32,000 nt of DNA from Escherichia coli (lineage in GTDB: Bacteria > Pseudomonadota > Gammaproteobacteria > Enterobacterales > Enterobacteriaceae). Position 1 is the stretch's first letter. Each line of letters starts with the position of its first letter. A program made the translations under genes and the position numbers. Under the pieces are notes generated by a model that did no database searches, was not told the origin of the DNA, and saw nothing but the letters and a program-made list of their open reading frames with translations. Positions 1 to 15,936 of the stretch are shown here, one piece after another. The stretch is from the NCBI RefSeq assembly GCF_015291785.1, contig NZ_CP031706.1; one strand, 5' to 3'.

Positions 1-41
1 CTGCGCATTTATCTTTGCATATTTAACCGGATGAAAAAAAC

Positions 42-57
42 GGTGAATCGTTCAAGC
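42..57. promoter_or_regulatory. Probable Cra (FruR) operator of the divergent ppsA promoter (ppsA itself is off the left edge)
   Basis: GGTGAATCGTTCAAGC closely fits the Cra half-palindrome TGAATCGTTCA and lies in the ppsA/ppsR divergent intergenic region; ppsA is a known Cra target. Confidence 0.7.
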
Positions 58-287
58 AAATATATTTTTTTACTTTTTAAGACTGATCCCAGCGTTGCGC
101 AAACCTGCTCTATTCGACAATTTCCACATAAACCATCGGTATAAACGAAACCATAAAAATGAAATGCTGTTTTCATAAAAAATAAAATTGAAGGTTCATT
201 TTATAAACCAGACATTACGTCCTACGCTTCTGTGCGTTTTTAATTTATGCTTTCATAGAATTATGTCTGCATCACGGGAAGAACAAA

Positions 288-1121
288 ATGGATAATGCTG
301 TTGATCGCCACGTTTTTTATATTTCTGATGGTACGGCAATAACTGCGGAGGTATTAGGACACGCAGTAATGTCACAATTTCCCGTCACTATCAGCAGCAT
401 TACGCTGCCGTTTGTCGAAAATGAGAGCCGTGCACGGGCAGTGAAGGATCAGATTGACGCAATTTATCACCAGACAGGTGTGCGCCCGCTGGTCTTCTAC
501 TCCATCGTGTTGCCGGAGATTCGCGCCATCATCTTGCAAAGTGAAGGCTTTTGCCAGGATATTGTTCAGGCGCTGGTTGCCCCGCTACAACAAGAGATGA
601 AACTGGATCCAACGCCGATTGCTCATCGTACCCATGGCCTTAACCCTAATAATCTCAATAAATATGATGCGCGCATTGCGGCGATTGATTACACCCTCGC
701 CCACGATGACGGCATTTCGTTGCGCAATCTGGACCAGGCTCAGGTGATCCTGCTCGGTGTTTCTCGCTGTGGTAAAACCCCCACCAGTCTGTATCTGGCA
801 ATGCAGTTTGGTATCCGCGCGGCAAACTACCCCTTTATTGCCGACGATATGGACAATCTGGTGCTACCCGCGTCGCTCAAACCGCTTCAGCATAAATTGT
901 TCGGCCTGACTATCGACCCGGAACGTCTGGCGGCGATTCGCGAGGAACGTCGGGAGAACAGCCGCTATGCCTCGCTTCGTCAGTGCAGGATGGAAGTCGC
1001 GGAAGTAGAAGCGTTGTACCGTAAAAATCAGATCCCGTGGATTAACAGTACCAATTATTCGGTAGAAGAGATTGCCACCAAGATCCTCGATATCATGGGG
1101 CTTAGCCGCCGAATGTACTAG
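288..1121 (+). CDS. ppsR: Phosphoenolpyruvate synthase regulatory protein (bifunctional PPDK/PEPS-type kinase/pyrophosphorylase, DUF299 family)
   Basis: 277-aa ORF starting [22 protein letters not shown]-loop [11 protein letters not shown]; neighbour of aroH. Confidence 0.96.
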
Positions 1122-1134
1122 AGAACTAGTGCAT
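1115..1134. promoter_or_regulatory. TrpR operator in the aroH promoter region
   Basis: GTACTAGAGAACTAGTGCAT contains the palindromic CTAG...CTAG core of Trp repressor operators and lies upstream of aroH. Confidence 0.85.
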
Positions 1135-1277
1135 TAGCTTATTTTTTTGTTATCATGCTAACCACCCGGCGAGGTGTGACACACCTCGCACTTGAAATCA
1201 GCTGCGATTGGTTTATCGTGATGCGCATCACTTCCCGGTAGTCCTGCCGTAGAAGCAACAAATTTCTGAGACTTGTA

Positions 1278-2324
1278 ATGAACAGAACTGACGAACTCCG
1301 TACTGCGCGTATTGAGAGCCTGGTAACGCCCGCCGAACTCGCGCTACGGTATCCCGTAACGCCTGGCGTCGCCACCCATGTCACCGACTCCCGCCGCAGA
1401 ATTGAAAAAATACTGAATGGTGAAGATAAGCGACTGTTGGTCATTATTGGCCCCTGCTCGATCCACGATCTCACCGCTGCGATGGAGTACGCCACCCGTC
1501 TGCAGTCGCTGCGCAACCAGTACCAGTCACGGCTGGAAATCGTAATGCGCACCTATTTTGAAAAACCACGAACTGTTGTCGGCTGGAAAGGGCTAATCTC
1601 CGATCCAGATTTAAACGGCAGCTATCGGGTAAATCACGGTCTGGAGCTGGCGCGCAAATTACTTTTACAGGTAAATGAGCTGGGTGTCCCTACCGCGACT
1701 GAGTTCCTCGATATGGTGACCGGTCAGTTTATTGCTGATTTAATCAGTTGGGGCGCGATTGGCGCACGTACTACCGAAAGTCAGATCCACCGTGAAATGG
1801 CTTCGGCACTCTCCTGTCCGGTAGGTTTTAAAAATGGTACCGATGGCAATACGCGGATTGCTGTGGATGCTATCCGCGCAGCCCGCGCCAGCCATATGTT
1901 CCTCTCGCCAGACAAAAATGGTCAGATGACCATCTATCAGACCAGCGGCAACCCGTATGGCCACATTATTATGCGTGGCGGCAAAAAACCGAATTATCAT
2001 GCCGATGATATCGCCGCAGCCTGCGATACGCTGCACGAGTTTGATTTACCTGAACATCTGGTGGTGGATTTCAGCCACGGTAACTGCCAGAAGCAGCACC
2101 GTCGCCAGTTAGAAGTTTGTGAGGATATTTGTCAGCAAATCCGCAATGGCTCTACGGCGATTGCTGGAATTATGGCGGAAAGTTTCCTGCGCGAAGGAAC
2201 GCAAAAAATCGTCGGCGGTCAGCCGCTCACTTACGGTCAATCCATTACCGACCCGTGTCTGGGCTGGGAAGATACCGAACGCCTGGTCGAAAAACTTGCC
2301 TCTGCGGTAGATACCCGCTTCTGA
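1278..2324 (+). CDS. aroH: 3-deoxy-D-arabino-heptulosonate-7-phosphate synthase, Trp-sensitive isozyme
   Basis: 348-aa ORF with DAHP synthase motifs (LLVIIGPCSIHD, GFKNGTDGN, DFSHGNCQKQHRRQ) and an upstream TrpR operator. Confidence 0.97.
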   Translation: MNRTDELRTARIESLVTPAELALRYPVTPGVATHVTDSRRRIEKILNGEDKRLLVIIGPCSIHDLTAAMEYATRLQSLRNQYQSRLEIVMRTYFEKPRTVVGWKGLISDPDLNGSYRVNHGLELARKLLLQVNELGVPTATEFLDMVTGQFIADLISWGAIGARTTESQIHREMASALSCPVGFKNGTDGNTRIAVDAIRAARASHMFLSPDKNGQMTIYQTSGNPYGHIIMRGGKKPNYHADDIAAACDTLHEFDLPEHLVVDFSHGNCQKQHRRQLEVCEDICQQIRNGSTAIAGIMAESFLREGTQKIVGGQPLTYGQSITDPCLGWEDTERLVEKLASAVDTRF

Positions 2325-2330
2325 ATGCGT

Positions 2331-2352
2331 GCCCATTCCTGATGGGATGGGC
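2331..2352 (+). terminator. Intrinsic terminator-like hairpin downstream of aroH
   Basis: GCCCATTCC-TGAT-GGGATGGGC followed by ATTTCT, just after the aroH stop codon. Confidence 0.65.
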
Positions 2353-2414
2353 ATTTCTGCGCAACTTGTTGTCTTCTCAGCACATTACTGCTTGCTCTGG
2401 TCAGCCATAATATT

Positions 2415-2433
2415 GATAATAAGAATCATTGTT
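2415..2433. promoter_or_regulatory. Probable Fur box upstream of ydiE
   Basis: GATAATAAGAATCATTGTT matches 15 of 19 positions of GATAATGATAATCATTATC and precedes a HemP-like gene. Confidence 0.8.
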
Positions 2434-2455
2434 ATATCAATTATTATTAATTTTT

Positions 2456-2647
2456 ATGCGTTATACGGATAGCAGAAAACTCACGCCTGAAACGGATGCC
2501 AATCACAAAACCGCTTCCCCGCAGCCTATTCGGCGAATTTCCAGCCAGACACTGTTAGGTCCGGATGGCAAACTGATTATCGATCATGACGGGCAAGAAT
2601 ATCTGCTCCGTAAAACTCAGGCTGGCAAGCTGCTGTTAACTAAGTAG
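2456..2647 (+). CDS. ydiE: Small HemP/HmuP-like protein YdiE (63 aa from the internal ATG; the track gives an N-terminally extended 72-aa ORF from 2429)
   Basis: [14 protein letters not shown]...[38 protein letters not shown]; the S(S/K)xLLG...I.H.G..Y.LR.T..GKLLLTK pattern of the hemin uptake HemP family. Confidence 0.9.
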
Positions 2648-2650
2648 CCT

Positions 2651-4126
<1,476 letters not shown>

Positions 4127-4149
4127 TTAAACACCAGCAAACAGAAGGG

Positions 4150-4863
4150 TTATCGCTGAACCAACGTCGTTATCTGATTTATGGGAACGGCAGGCCACAG
4201 GCATCCCTGGAGAGCATGGAAATCGAAGGGGGTAATCTGTGCCAATATTTCTGCCGTATCAATGCCTCCCGCAATGATGCAATTGCAACAAGGGGAAATT
4301 TGCGACTGGATCGCACGAATAAACGGTTCGAAGGAGCGGTGCGTGATTTGTTGCTGAATAAAACTTTTATCCAGCATGACGCGGGTGAAAAGACCATCAA
4401 AAACCGCTTTCATTGTGCTATTGCCTGCTCCCAAATTACCTAACACAAGGGGATACACTTGCGATAAGGATAAAAGACCGCGATTATCTTTTCCTTCATT
4501 GAGATGCGGGTAATTCTCATTAATCAACAGTTCAATAAACGGATATTTTAATAGTTCGCCTGCGTAATTATCCCTCTCTAATAATAATGTAGCCACTTGT
4601 GGCGTTAAATTAAGCCAGGCAAAGAGTTTATGTTGAATAAAAAAATGTTGGCATGATTTTAGTAATTCCAACTGCTCTGAAAATAATTGCCAATGTTGCT
4701 CCTCGGTAAGTTGCGCTATAACCCGACTCGTCGGGATACGAACCGTACCATCTTCACTGGAGAAATGGGTAATTAACTCAACGCCGACAAGGTCTTGCTG
4801 GTTATCTCTTATCGGCAGGAAATAGCAATCAGAATGATAAAGATTCTCCAAAAAAATCTTCAT
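4150..4863 (-). CDS. ydiV: Degenerate EAL-domain protein, anti-FlhDC factor (YdiV/RflP)
   Basis: 237-aa ORF MKIFLENLYHSDCYFLPIRDNQQDLVGVELITHF..., positioned between selO and nlpC; degenerate EAL-like motifs. Confidence 0.92.
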   Translation of the reverse strand: MKIFLENLYHSDCYFLPIRDNQQDLVGVELITHFSSEDGTVRIPTSRVIAQLTEEQHWQLFSEQLELLKSCQHFFIQHKLFAWLNLTPQVATLLLERDNYAGELLKYPFIELLINENYPHLNEGKDNRGLLSLSQVYPLVLGNLGAGNSTMKAVFDGLFTRVMLDKSFIQQQITHRSFEPFIRAIQSQISPCCNCIIAGGIDTAEILAQITPFDFHALQGCLWPAVPINQITTLVQR

Positions 4864-5067
4864 GGTAACCGTCCCTCTCGAAGGATGTTTTTCAGTATCC
4901 GGCTAAAAGGGATGAGGCCATAAGACATAACAATTACATAAGGAGTAACTTTCATTTGTTCCATGTTAACCACTTTTTCAGGGGTCCTTTTTTTAGATTA
5001 TCCTGATTATAAACGAATAATCCATTTACGGAATTTTTGTCTGCAAAATACTACTGTATTCAGGAGT

Positions 5068-5100
5068 AAATGGACGGCGATGTATCATCGCCGTCCATTT
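5068..5100 (-). terminator. Intrinsic terminator of the btuCED-nlpC direction
   Basis: AAATGGACGGCGATG-TAT-CATCGCCGTCCATTT, perfect 15-bp stem immediately downstream of the nlpC stop codon. Confidence 0.85.
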
Positions 5101-5109
5101 TTCGACATA

Positions 5110-5574
5110 CTAAATTCGTCTCGCCTGCCAGAAATTTTTCTGCCAATAGACATTATCAAGTGAGGAACGCATCACTCCCTTGCTGGTAGAGGCGTGGATA
5201 AATTGGTTGTTGGTATCGTAAATACCTACATGCAAACCATTTTGTCCGGAACCCGTTTTGAAAAAGACCAGGTCACCAGGCAGCAACTCGTCTTTATCAA
5301 TTTGCGTGCCGATAGAGGCTTGTTCTTTGGTTTCTCGGGGCAGCTGCAAATCGAAACGATCGCGCATCGTTACAACCACAAATCCCGAACAGTCCACACC
5401 GCGCCGCGTCATGCCACCATAACGATACGGCGTGCCATGCCAGCTTTGTAGCTGGTCGTTCAAACCGGCAATAACGGTAATCGAATCAGAAAGTCTGGCA
5501 TTTGGCGGCGGTGCTTTATGGTGGCTACACCCGGCCAGAAACAGTGCTGTGATCAAAATAAGGCAGAAACGCAT
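5110..5574 (-). CDS. nlpC: NlpC/P60-family lipoprotein, probable peptidoglycan endopeptidase
   Basis: 154-aa ORF; lipobox LFLAGCS; catalytic motif GVDCSGFV and ...LHVGIY. Confidence 0.96.
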   Translation of the reverse strand: MRFCLILITALFLAGCSHHKAPPPNARLSDSITVIAGLNDQLQSWHGTPYRYGGMTRRGVDCSGFVVVTMRDRFDLQLPRETKEQASIGTQIDKDELLPGDLVFFKTGSGQNGLHVGIYDTNNQFIHASTSKGVMRSSLDNVYWQKNFWQARRI

Positions 5575-5651
5575 TCCGTACGGTTCCTCTGTTTTTTATT
5601 CTTGCATTAATTTAGCGTCGTAATTACCCGATTTTCAAGATACTAATGAAA

Positions 5652-6401
5652 TCAGATGGTCGAAATCAGCATTCTGTGACCTTCGATATCCAGACGGCGA
5701 AAATTCATCCCATAGGCCTGCGCCAGATTTGGCGGCGTGAGCACCTCTTCTCTGCGTCCACTGGCCAGCATTTTTCCACCTTTTAGCAACCACGCCCGAT
5801 GCGCATGACGCAATGTGTGGTTGAGATCGTGACTGCTCATCACAATCGCCAGTCCTTGCTGACACAGAGCGCTCAGAATTTTGTCTAACGCACTTTGTTG
5901 CGCAACATCAAGACTGTTCATCGGCTCATCAAGAAGCAGCAATTGACCTGCGGGATTGGCTTGTGGTGTGATTTGCAGCACCACCGCAGCAAGACGTACG
6001 CGTTGCCATTCACCGCCGGAAAGTTGATTGGTGCTACGTCCGAGTTTGTCATCAAGAGCCAGCGCCCCTGCGACATCATTCAGTAGTTCGGTACGCGTTT
6101 TATCGTGCTGATGCAGTGTCAGGTAGTGCCAGACCGGCATTGCAAACGGCGGCGTCTGCTGTTGTGAAAGGTAGGCGCGATGCAGCGCGAGTTTTGTTGC
6201 GGACCATGCTTCCAGTGGTTGCCCCGCGAACTGAATGCTTCCCTTACCGCTGGTCATTCCGGCCATTCGTGCAAGCAAGGTACTCTTACCCGCGCCATTC
6301 GGCCCCACCAGGTGCAGGATCTCCCCAGCCCGAACCTCGCCAGAAAGCGGCCCCAGGCGGGTAGTTTCCGCAACATCCTGTAACTGCATCACAATAGACA
6401 T
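5652..6401 (-). CDS. btuD: Vitamin B12 ABC transporter ATP-binding protein
   Basis: 249-aa ORF; Walker [10 protein letters not shown], signature LSGGEWQR, Walker B LLLLDEP. Confidence 0.97.
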   Translation of the reverse strand: MSIVMQLQDVAETTRLGPLSGEVRAGEILHLVGPNGAGKSTLLARMAGMTSGKGSIQFAGQPLEAWSATKLALHRAYLSQQQTPPFAMPVWHYLTLHQHDKTRTELLNDVAGALALDDKLGRSTNQLSGGEWQRVRLAAVVLQITPQANPAGQLLLLDEPMNSLDVAQQSALDKILSALCQQGLAIVMSSHDLNHTLRHAHRAWLLKGGKMLASGRREEVLTPPNLAQAYGMNFRRLDIEGHRMLISTI

Positions 6402-6952
6402 TATTTTGCCAACGCCAGTTTAATGCTTTCCATCACAATGGGATCTTCAGGCGTCATATCCGGGGAAAAACGCTGGATGACCAACCCGTCCCTGCCAACT
6501 AAAAATTTCTCAAAATTCCATAAAATATCATCAGGGTACAGCGGTGCACGACCTTTGCTGACCATACGGGCATAGAATCCGCTCTCTTCCGGCGCGACTG
6601 CGGTCGGCGCTGCGGCAATCAATTTTTGATACAGCGGATGGCGTCCTTCGCCATTAACTTCAATCTTACTGAACATCGGGAACGTCACCCCCCATGTGGT
6701 GGTACAGTAAGTTTTAATCTCTTCATCGCTGCCCGGTTCTTGTTCCAGAAACTGGTTGCACGGGAATCCCAGCACCACAAAACCTCGATCGGCCCAGGCT
6801 TTCTGAATATTCTCCAACTGCTCATATTGCGGCGTTAAGCCACACTTTGAGGCGACATTGACAATCAACAGCACATTACCAGCGTACTTCTCCAGCGTGG
6901 TCACTTCACCGTCGATATCTTTCACTACGGTCGTCAGAATGGAATCTTGCAT
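6401..6952 (-). CDS. btuE: Glutathione peroxidase-like thioredoxin/glutathione peroxidase BtuE
   Basis: 183-aa ORF; [25 protein letters not shown]; stop codon overlaps the btuD start by 1 nt (TAATG). Confidence 0.97.
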   Translation of the reverse strand: MQDSILTTVVKDIDGEVTTLEKYAGNVLLIVNVASKCGLTPQYEQLENIQKAWADRGFVVLGFPCNQFLEQEPGSDEEIKTYCTTTWGVTFPMFSKIEVNGEGRHPLYQKLIAAAPTAVAPEESGFYARMVSKGRAPLYPDDILWNFEKFLVGRDGLVIQRFSPDMTPEDPIVMESIKLALAK

Positions 6953-7014
6953 CGTTTCTCCTGGGTGTGGTCAGTAAAAATCTTAGCTTTTAATCATAGA
7001 CCGTCTTTTTGCGG

Positions 7015-7995
7015 CTAACGTCTTGCTTTTAACAATAACCAGATAAACACCGGCGCACCCAACGTTGCGGTGACCACGCCAATAGGCAGCTCTGCGGCAG
7101 CTAATGCCAGGCGCGCTACAATATCGGCCAGCAGCAATGCGCTCGCCCCTGCCAGCGCGCAGCCGGGAAGTAATACGCGATGATCGGTTAAACCACACAA
7201 CCGAAGAATATGTGGGATCACCAGACCAATAAAGCCGATAGCACCCGCCAGCGCCACACTGACGCCAACCATCCAGCCGGTCGCGGCCACCAGCACATTG
7301 CGCCAGAACCACAGGGGTAAACCCAGTTGCCGCGCCGAGATCTCGCCAAGTGCTAACATATTCATCGGCCTGGACTGACAACAGATCCACAACAACACGG
7401 GGATCAATGCCAGCATCAGCCAGCTTTGCCGCCAGTCTACGCCGCCAAAACCGCCCATCATCCAGTACATCAGCTGACGTAAATCAACAGAGGTGGAAAA
7501 GTAGATAGCCCACGTCATTAGTGCGCTACAGATAATCCCTAATGCAACGCCAGCCAGCAATAACCGACTGGTCGAAAGATGACGACGGGCGAAACGTAAG
7601 AGTATTAAAGTGATGATAAGCGCGCCAGCAATCGCACACAGCCCTAGCGCCCAGTTGGGGAGTTGCCCTTGCCCAAGCAATACCGCGGCGATAAGCCCCA
7701 CGCCTGCGCCGTTAGAGACGCCAAGTAGTCCAGGTTCTGCCAGAGGATTTTCAAACAACGCCTGCATTACAGCGCCGGATATAGCCAGCGCCGCACCAAC
7801 CAGCAATACAGCCAGCGTACGTGGCAGGCGAATTTGCCAGACGAACAGTTCGCCACGAGGAGTAAACCAGTCACCTGGCGAGATCCATTGTTCACCGGCG
7901 CAAAGGCTTAAGAGAAGCGCCAGCAGCATCAAAACTGACAGGCATAATAACCAGCGAATATTTTGTCGCTGTTGTTGGCGGGCAAGTGTCAGCAT
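7015..7995 (-). CDS. btuC: Vitamin B12 ABC transporter permease
   Basis: 326-aa multi-TM ORF of the FecCD/BtuC family; [32 protein letters not shown]. Confidence 0.97.
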   Translation of the reverse strand: MLTLARQQQRQNIRWLLCLSVLMLLALLLSLCAGEQWISPGDWFTPRGELFVWQIRLPRTLAVLLVGAALAISGAVMQALFENPLAEPGLLGVSNGAGVGLIAAVLLGQGQLPNWALGLCAIAGALIITLILLRFARRHLSTSRLLLAGVALGIICSALMTWAIYFSTSVDLRQLMYWMMGGFGGVDWRQSWLMLALIPVLLWICCQSRPMNMLALGEISARQLGLPLWFWRNVLVAATGWMVGVSVALAGAIGFIGLVIPHILRLCGLTDHRVLLPGCALAGASALLLADIVARLALAAAELPIGVVTATLGAPVFIWLLLKARR

Positions 7996-8060
7996 GGTAT
8001 CCGTTCTGCTGAAGTGTCATGGCGTTGATTTTACGGTGACTCTTCGACAGTGAAAAGAAA

Positions 8061-8083
8061 AAAGGCCGCAGAGCGGCCTTTTT
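8061..8083 (-). terminator. Intrinsic terminator downstream of ihfA
   Basis: AAAAAGGCCGCAGAGCGGCCTTTTT immediately 3' of the ihfA stop codon. Confidence 0.85.
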
Positions 8084-8095
8084 AGTTAGATCAGA

Positions 8096-8395
8096 TTACT
8101 CGTCTTTGGGCGAAGCGTTTTCGACCCGGCTTTTTAACTTCTGCCCGGGTCTGAAGGTCACCACGCGCCGTGCTGTAATGGGAATATCCTCGCCCGTTTT
8201 CGGGTTACGTCCCGGGCGTTGATTCTTATCACGCAGATCGAAGTTACCAAAACCAGAGAGTTTCACCTGTTCGCCGTTTTCCAGAGCGCGACGGATCTCT
8301 TCGAAAAACAGTTCAACCAGTTCTTTGGCATCCCGCTTGCTAAGCCCAAGCTTATCAAACAGATATTCTGACATTTCAGCTTTTGTAAGCGCCAT
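8096..8395 (-). CDS. ihfA: Integration host factor subunit alpha
   Basis: 99-aa [38 protein letters not shown]...[21 protein letters not shown]. Confidence 0.99.
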
Positions 8396-8399
8396 AGGT

Positions 8400-10790
<2,391 letters not shown>

Positions 10791-10801
10791 CTATTCCTGC
10801 C

Positions 10802-11827
<1,026 letters not shown>

Positions 11828-12002
11828 TTAGAGCCTATCCCATCAGGCTATTTTACTTGCCATTTTGGTCCCGGGCAGTGCTCGAAATTCTCACGTACTT
11901 AAATACGCTCCGGTTTCTCCGCGCTGGCCGTGTCCAGACTGGCTGCGACAATTACACCTGATGAGACAGGCTTTTTATTTTTCAAAACGCGCATACAAAA
12001 AA

Positions 12003-12020
12003 AGCCTCCACTGGGAGGCT
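12003..12020 (-). terminator. pheM-pheST attenuator terminator
   Basis: On the minus strand AGCCTCCCAGTGGAGGCTTTTTTTG, a GC-rich hairpin plus U-run between the Phe-rich leader peptide and pheS. Confidence 0.9.
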
Positions 12021-12068
12021 TTCAGGCGCTGTTTTCCGTTTCTCTTCTCACGCGCTAGCCTCCTGGAT

Positions 12069-12113
12069 TCAGGTGCTAAAGTAAAAAAAGAAGCGGAAAA
12101 TAGCAGCATTCAT
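12069..12113 (-). CDS. pheM: pheST leader peptide, 14 aa [14 protein letters not shown] (not in the ORF track)
   Basis: Direct translation of the minus strand gives [14 protein letters not shown] with 5 Phe codons, immediately before an attenuator hairpin. Confidence 0.97.
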
Positions 12114-12202
12114 TGCTTGCGTTACCTTTTGGTACTCTTCAAAAGACCTTTATTGAAAAGGCTACGGCGATAAAAGTCAATGTTTTGATGGCGTTGAAAC
12201 GA

Positions 12203-12227
12203 AAAGAGGGAGACTAGCTCCCTCTTT
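12203..12227 (-). terminator. Terminator downstream of rplT, upstream of the pheM leader
   Basis: AAAGAGGGAG-CTAGT-CTCCCTCTTTT on the minus strand between rplT and pheM. Confidence 0.8.
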
Positions 12228-12235
12228 CAACTGGC

Positions 12236-12619
<384 letters not shown>

Positions 12620-12644
12620 TTAAAAAGTTAAAAACGTTAACGGC

Positions 12645-12866
<222 letters not shown>

Positions 12867-12938
12867 TTAATAAACGAAACAAAGGCGAACAAAGCCTGTG
12901 AAGCCCGAAGGCTCCACAGACAGTGCTACTTGAAGGCC

Positions 12939-13484
<546 letters not shown>

Positions 13485-15413
13485 TTATTCCTCCAATTGT
13501 TTAAGACTGCGGCTGCGAATCTCTTGTTGCAGCTTCTCGATCACTTCATTTACGTCCATGCTTCCCAGGTCTTTACCACGGCGGGTGCGAACGGCAACTT
13601 TGCCTGATTCCACCTCTTTATCACCACAGACCAGCATATATGGGACGCGACGCAAAGTGTGCTCGCGGATTTTAAAGCCAATCTTCTCATTTCTCAAGTC
13701 TGCTTTAACACGAATGCCCGCATTTGATAGTTTTTGCGTCAATTCGTTAACGTATTCAGACTGTGAATCGGTAATATTCATGATAACAACCTGAACTGGC
13801 GCAAGCCAGGTCGGGAAGAAACCAGCGAATTCTTCGGTCAGGATACCGATGAAACGTTCCATCGATCCCAGAATTGCGCGGTGAATCATTACCGGTACTT
13901 TACGTTCATTGTCTTCGCCTACATAAGAAGCGCTCAGACGAGAAGGCAAAGAGAAGTCCAGCTGTACTGTACCGCACTGCCATGCACGATCGAGGCAGTC
14001 ATACAGGGTAAATTCAATTTTCGGACCGTAGAAAGCGCCTTCACCCAGTTGATATTCAAACGGGATGTTGTTTTCTTCCAGCGCAACCGCCAGGTCCGCC
14101 TCAGCACGATCCCACATTTCATCACTGCCAATACGTTTTTCAGGACGAGTGGAGAGTTTGACGACGATCTTCTCGAAGCCAAAAGTGCTGTACATATCAT
14201 AGACTAAACGGATACATCCGTTAACTTCATCGCGAATTTGTTCTTCAGTACAGAAGATATGCGCGTCATCCTGGGTAAATCCACGCACGCGCATCAGGCC
14301 ATGCAGCGAACCTGACGGCTCATTACGGTGGCAGCTACCAAACTCGGCCATACGCAGCGGCAGATCGCGATAAGACTTCAGCCCCTGGTTGAAAATTTGT
14401 ACGTGACCCGGGCAGTTCATCGGCTTAATGCAGTATTCACGGTTCTCAGAAGACGTGGTGAACATTGCATCTTTGTAGTTGTCCCAGTGACCGGTTTTTT
14501 CCCACAGGACACGGTCCATCATGAACGGACCTTTAACTTCCTGATACTGGTACTCTTTCAGTTTAGAACGAACAAACACTTCTAGTTCACGGAAGATGGT
14601 CCAGCCGTCGTTGTGCCAGAATACCATACCCGGCGCTTCTTCCTGCATATGGTACAGGTCGAGCTGTTTACCGATTTTACGGTGGTCGCGTTTCGCGGCT
14701 TCTTCCAGGCGCTGCAGGTAAGCGTTAAGCGCTTTTTTGTCTGCCCACGCCGTACCGTAAATACGTTGCAACATTTTGTTGTTGCTGTCGCCACGCCAGT
14801 AAGCCCCTGCCGTTTTCATTAGTTTGAAATGATGGCAGAAACGCATGTTCGGTACGTGCGGACCGCGGCACATATCGACATATTCTTCATGGAAGTACAG
14901 ACCTGGCTTGTCATCATGGGCGATGTTTTCGTCAAGAATGGAGACTTTGTAGCTCTCCCCACGGTTGGCGAAAGTTTCACGCGCTTCGTGCCAGCTGACT
15001 TTCTTCTTAATGACGTCGTAGTTTTTCTCAGCAAGCTCATGCATCCGCTTCTCGAGTGCTTCGACATCTTCCTGGGTTAACGTGCGGTCAAGATCAACGT
15101 CGTAATAAAAACCGTTGTCAATAACCGGGCCGATTGCCATTTTGGTATGCGGCCAAAGTTGTTTAATCGCGTGCCCTAACAGGTGCGCACAGGAGTGACG
15201 AATGATCTCCAGACCTTCTTCGTCTTTGGCGGTAATGATCGACAGTTGTGCGTCGTTTTCAATCAGATCGCAAGCATCAACCAGTTCGCCATTAACGCGC
15301 CCTGCGATACAGGCTTTCGCCAGACCTGGACCAATGTCCAGCGCAACATCCATGGGGCTTACAGCGTGGTCGTAATGGCGTTGGCTGCCATCAGGAAGAG
15401 TTATAACAGGCAT
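13485..15413 (-). CDS. thrS: Threonyl-tRNA synthetase
   Basis: 642-aa [47 protein letters not shown]...; TGS, HXXXH ([10 protein letters not shown]) and class II motifs. Confidence 0.99.
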
Positions 15414-15560
15414 TTTATATCCTTATTTGCAGTGGTGACCCACACGAAAGATCACATACAAAGAAAAATTTGTTTATTAACAGTTCATTGCGAAACCATC
15501 TAGCCAACAAATGCTAAATTGGTTCGCAATCAGGTACACAAATGAAAGACATTAACCTCT
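15414..15560 (-). promoter_or_regulatory. thrS leader / translational autoregulatory operator region
   Basis: Minus-strand leader includes GTGATCTTTCGTGTGGGTCACCACTG (CGU threonine-anticodon-like loop) and the imperfect inverted repeat GCGAACCAATTTAGCATTTGTTGGCTAGATGGTTTCGC. Placement matches the known ThrRS operator; exact boundaries are approximate. Confidence 0.75.
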
Positions 15561-15936
15561 CACCTTCCACCCGGTTGAGCGATGTTAACACTAAAAAAAG
15601 GGAGATTGTACCTTTCCGTTTCACATTGATTCGATTCGCAATTCGTTTGTAGTGAGTACACCAGCAAAACGCTTAAAGAACCACTGATAACATCACGGTG
15701 CGTCTGAAAGGTTTACTGCGAGCGGATTTACAGCAGCATAAACTGAATCCAGCAAAGTTCGTTGCGTGATTTGGCGGTAGTATTTTAAACGCTCATGAGA
15801 TTAATGACGAAGTGGTCATATCACAATGATAAAAGTGACACAATTCTTATAACAATTTTTCGTGCACATTTCGTTCTGGCGATAATAATTAATCATCATC
15901 CTCAAAACCCCCAGATATATATAAGGCGAATAGATT

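Noticed and set aside
1139-1552. Minus-strand 137-aa ORF overlapping aroH
   Set aside because: Antisense to the confident aroH coding sequence; no recognisable family or ribosome binding site; typical shadow ORF.
11865-12173. 102-aa plus-strand ORF across the pheM leader region
   Set aside because: Overlaps the pheM attenuator on the opposite strand; low-complexity Leu/Arg-rich translation and no ribosome binding site recognised.
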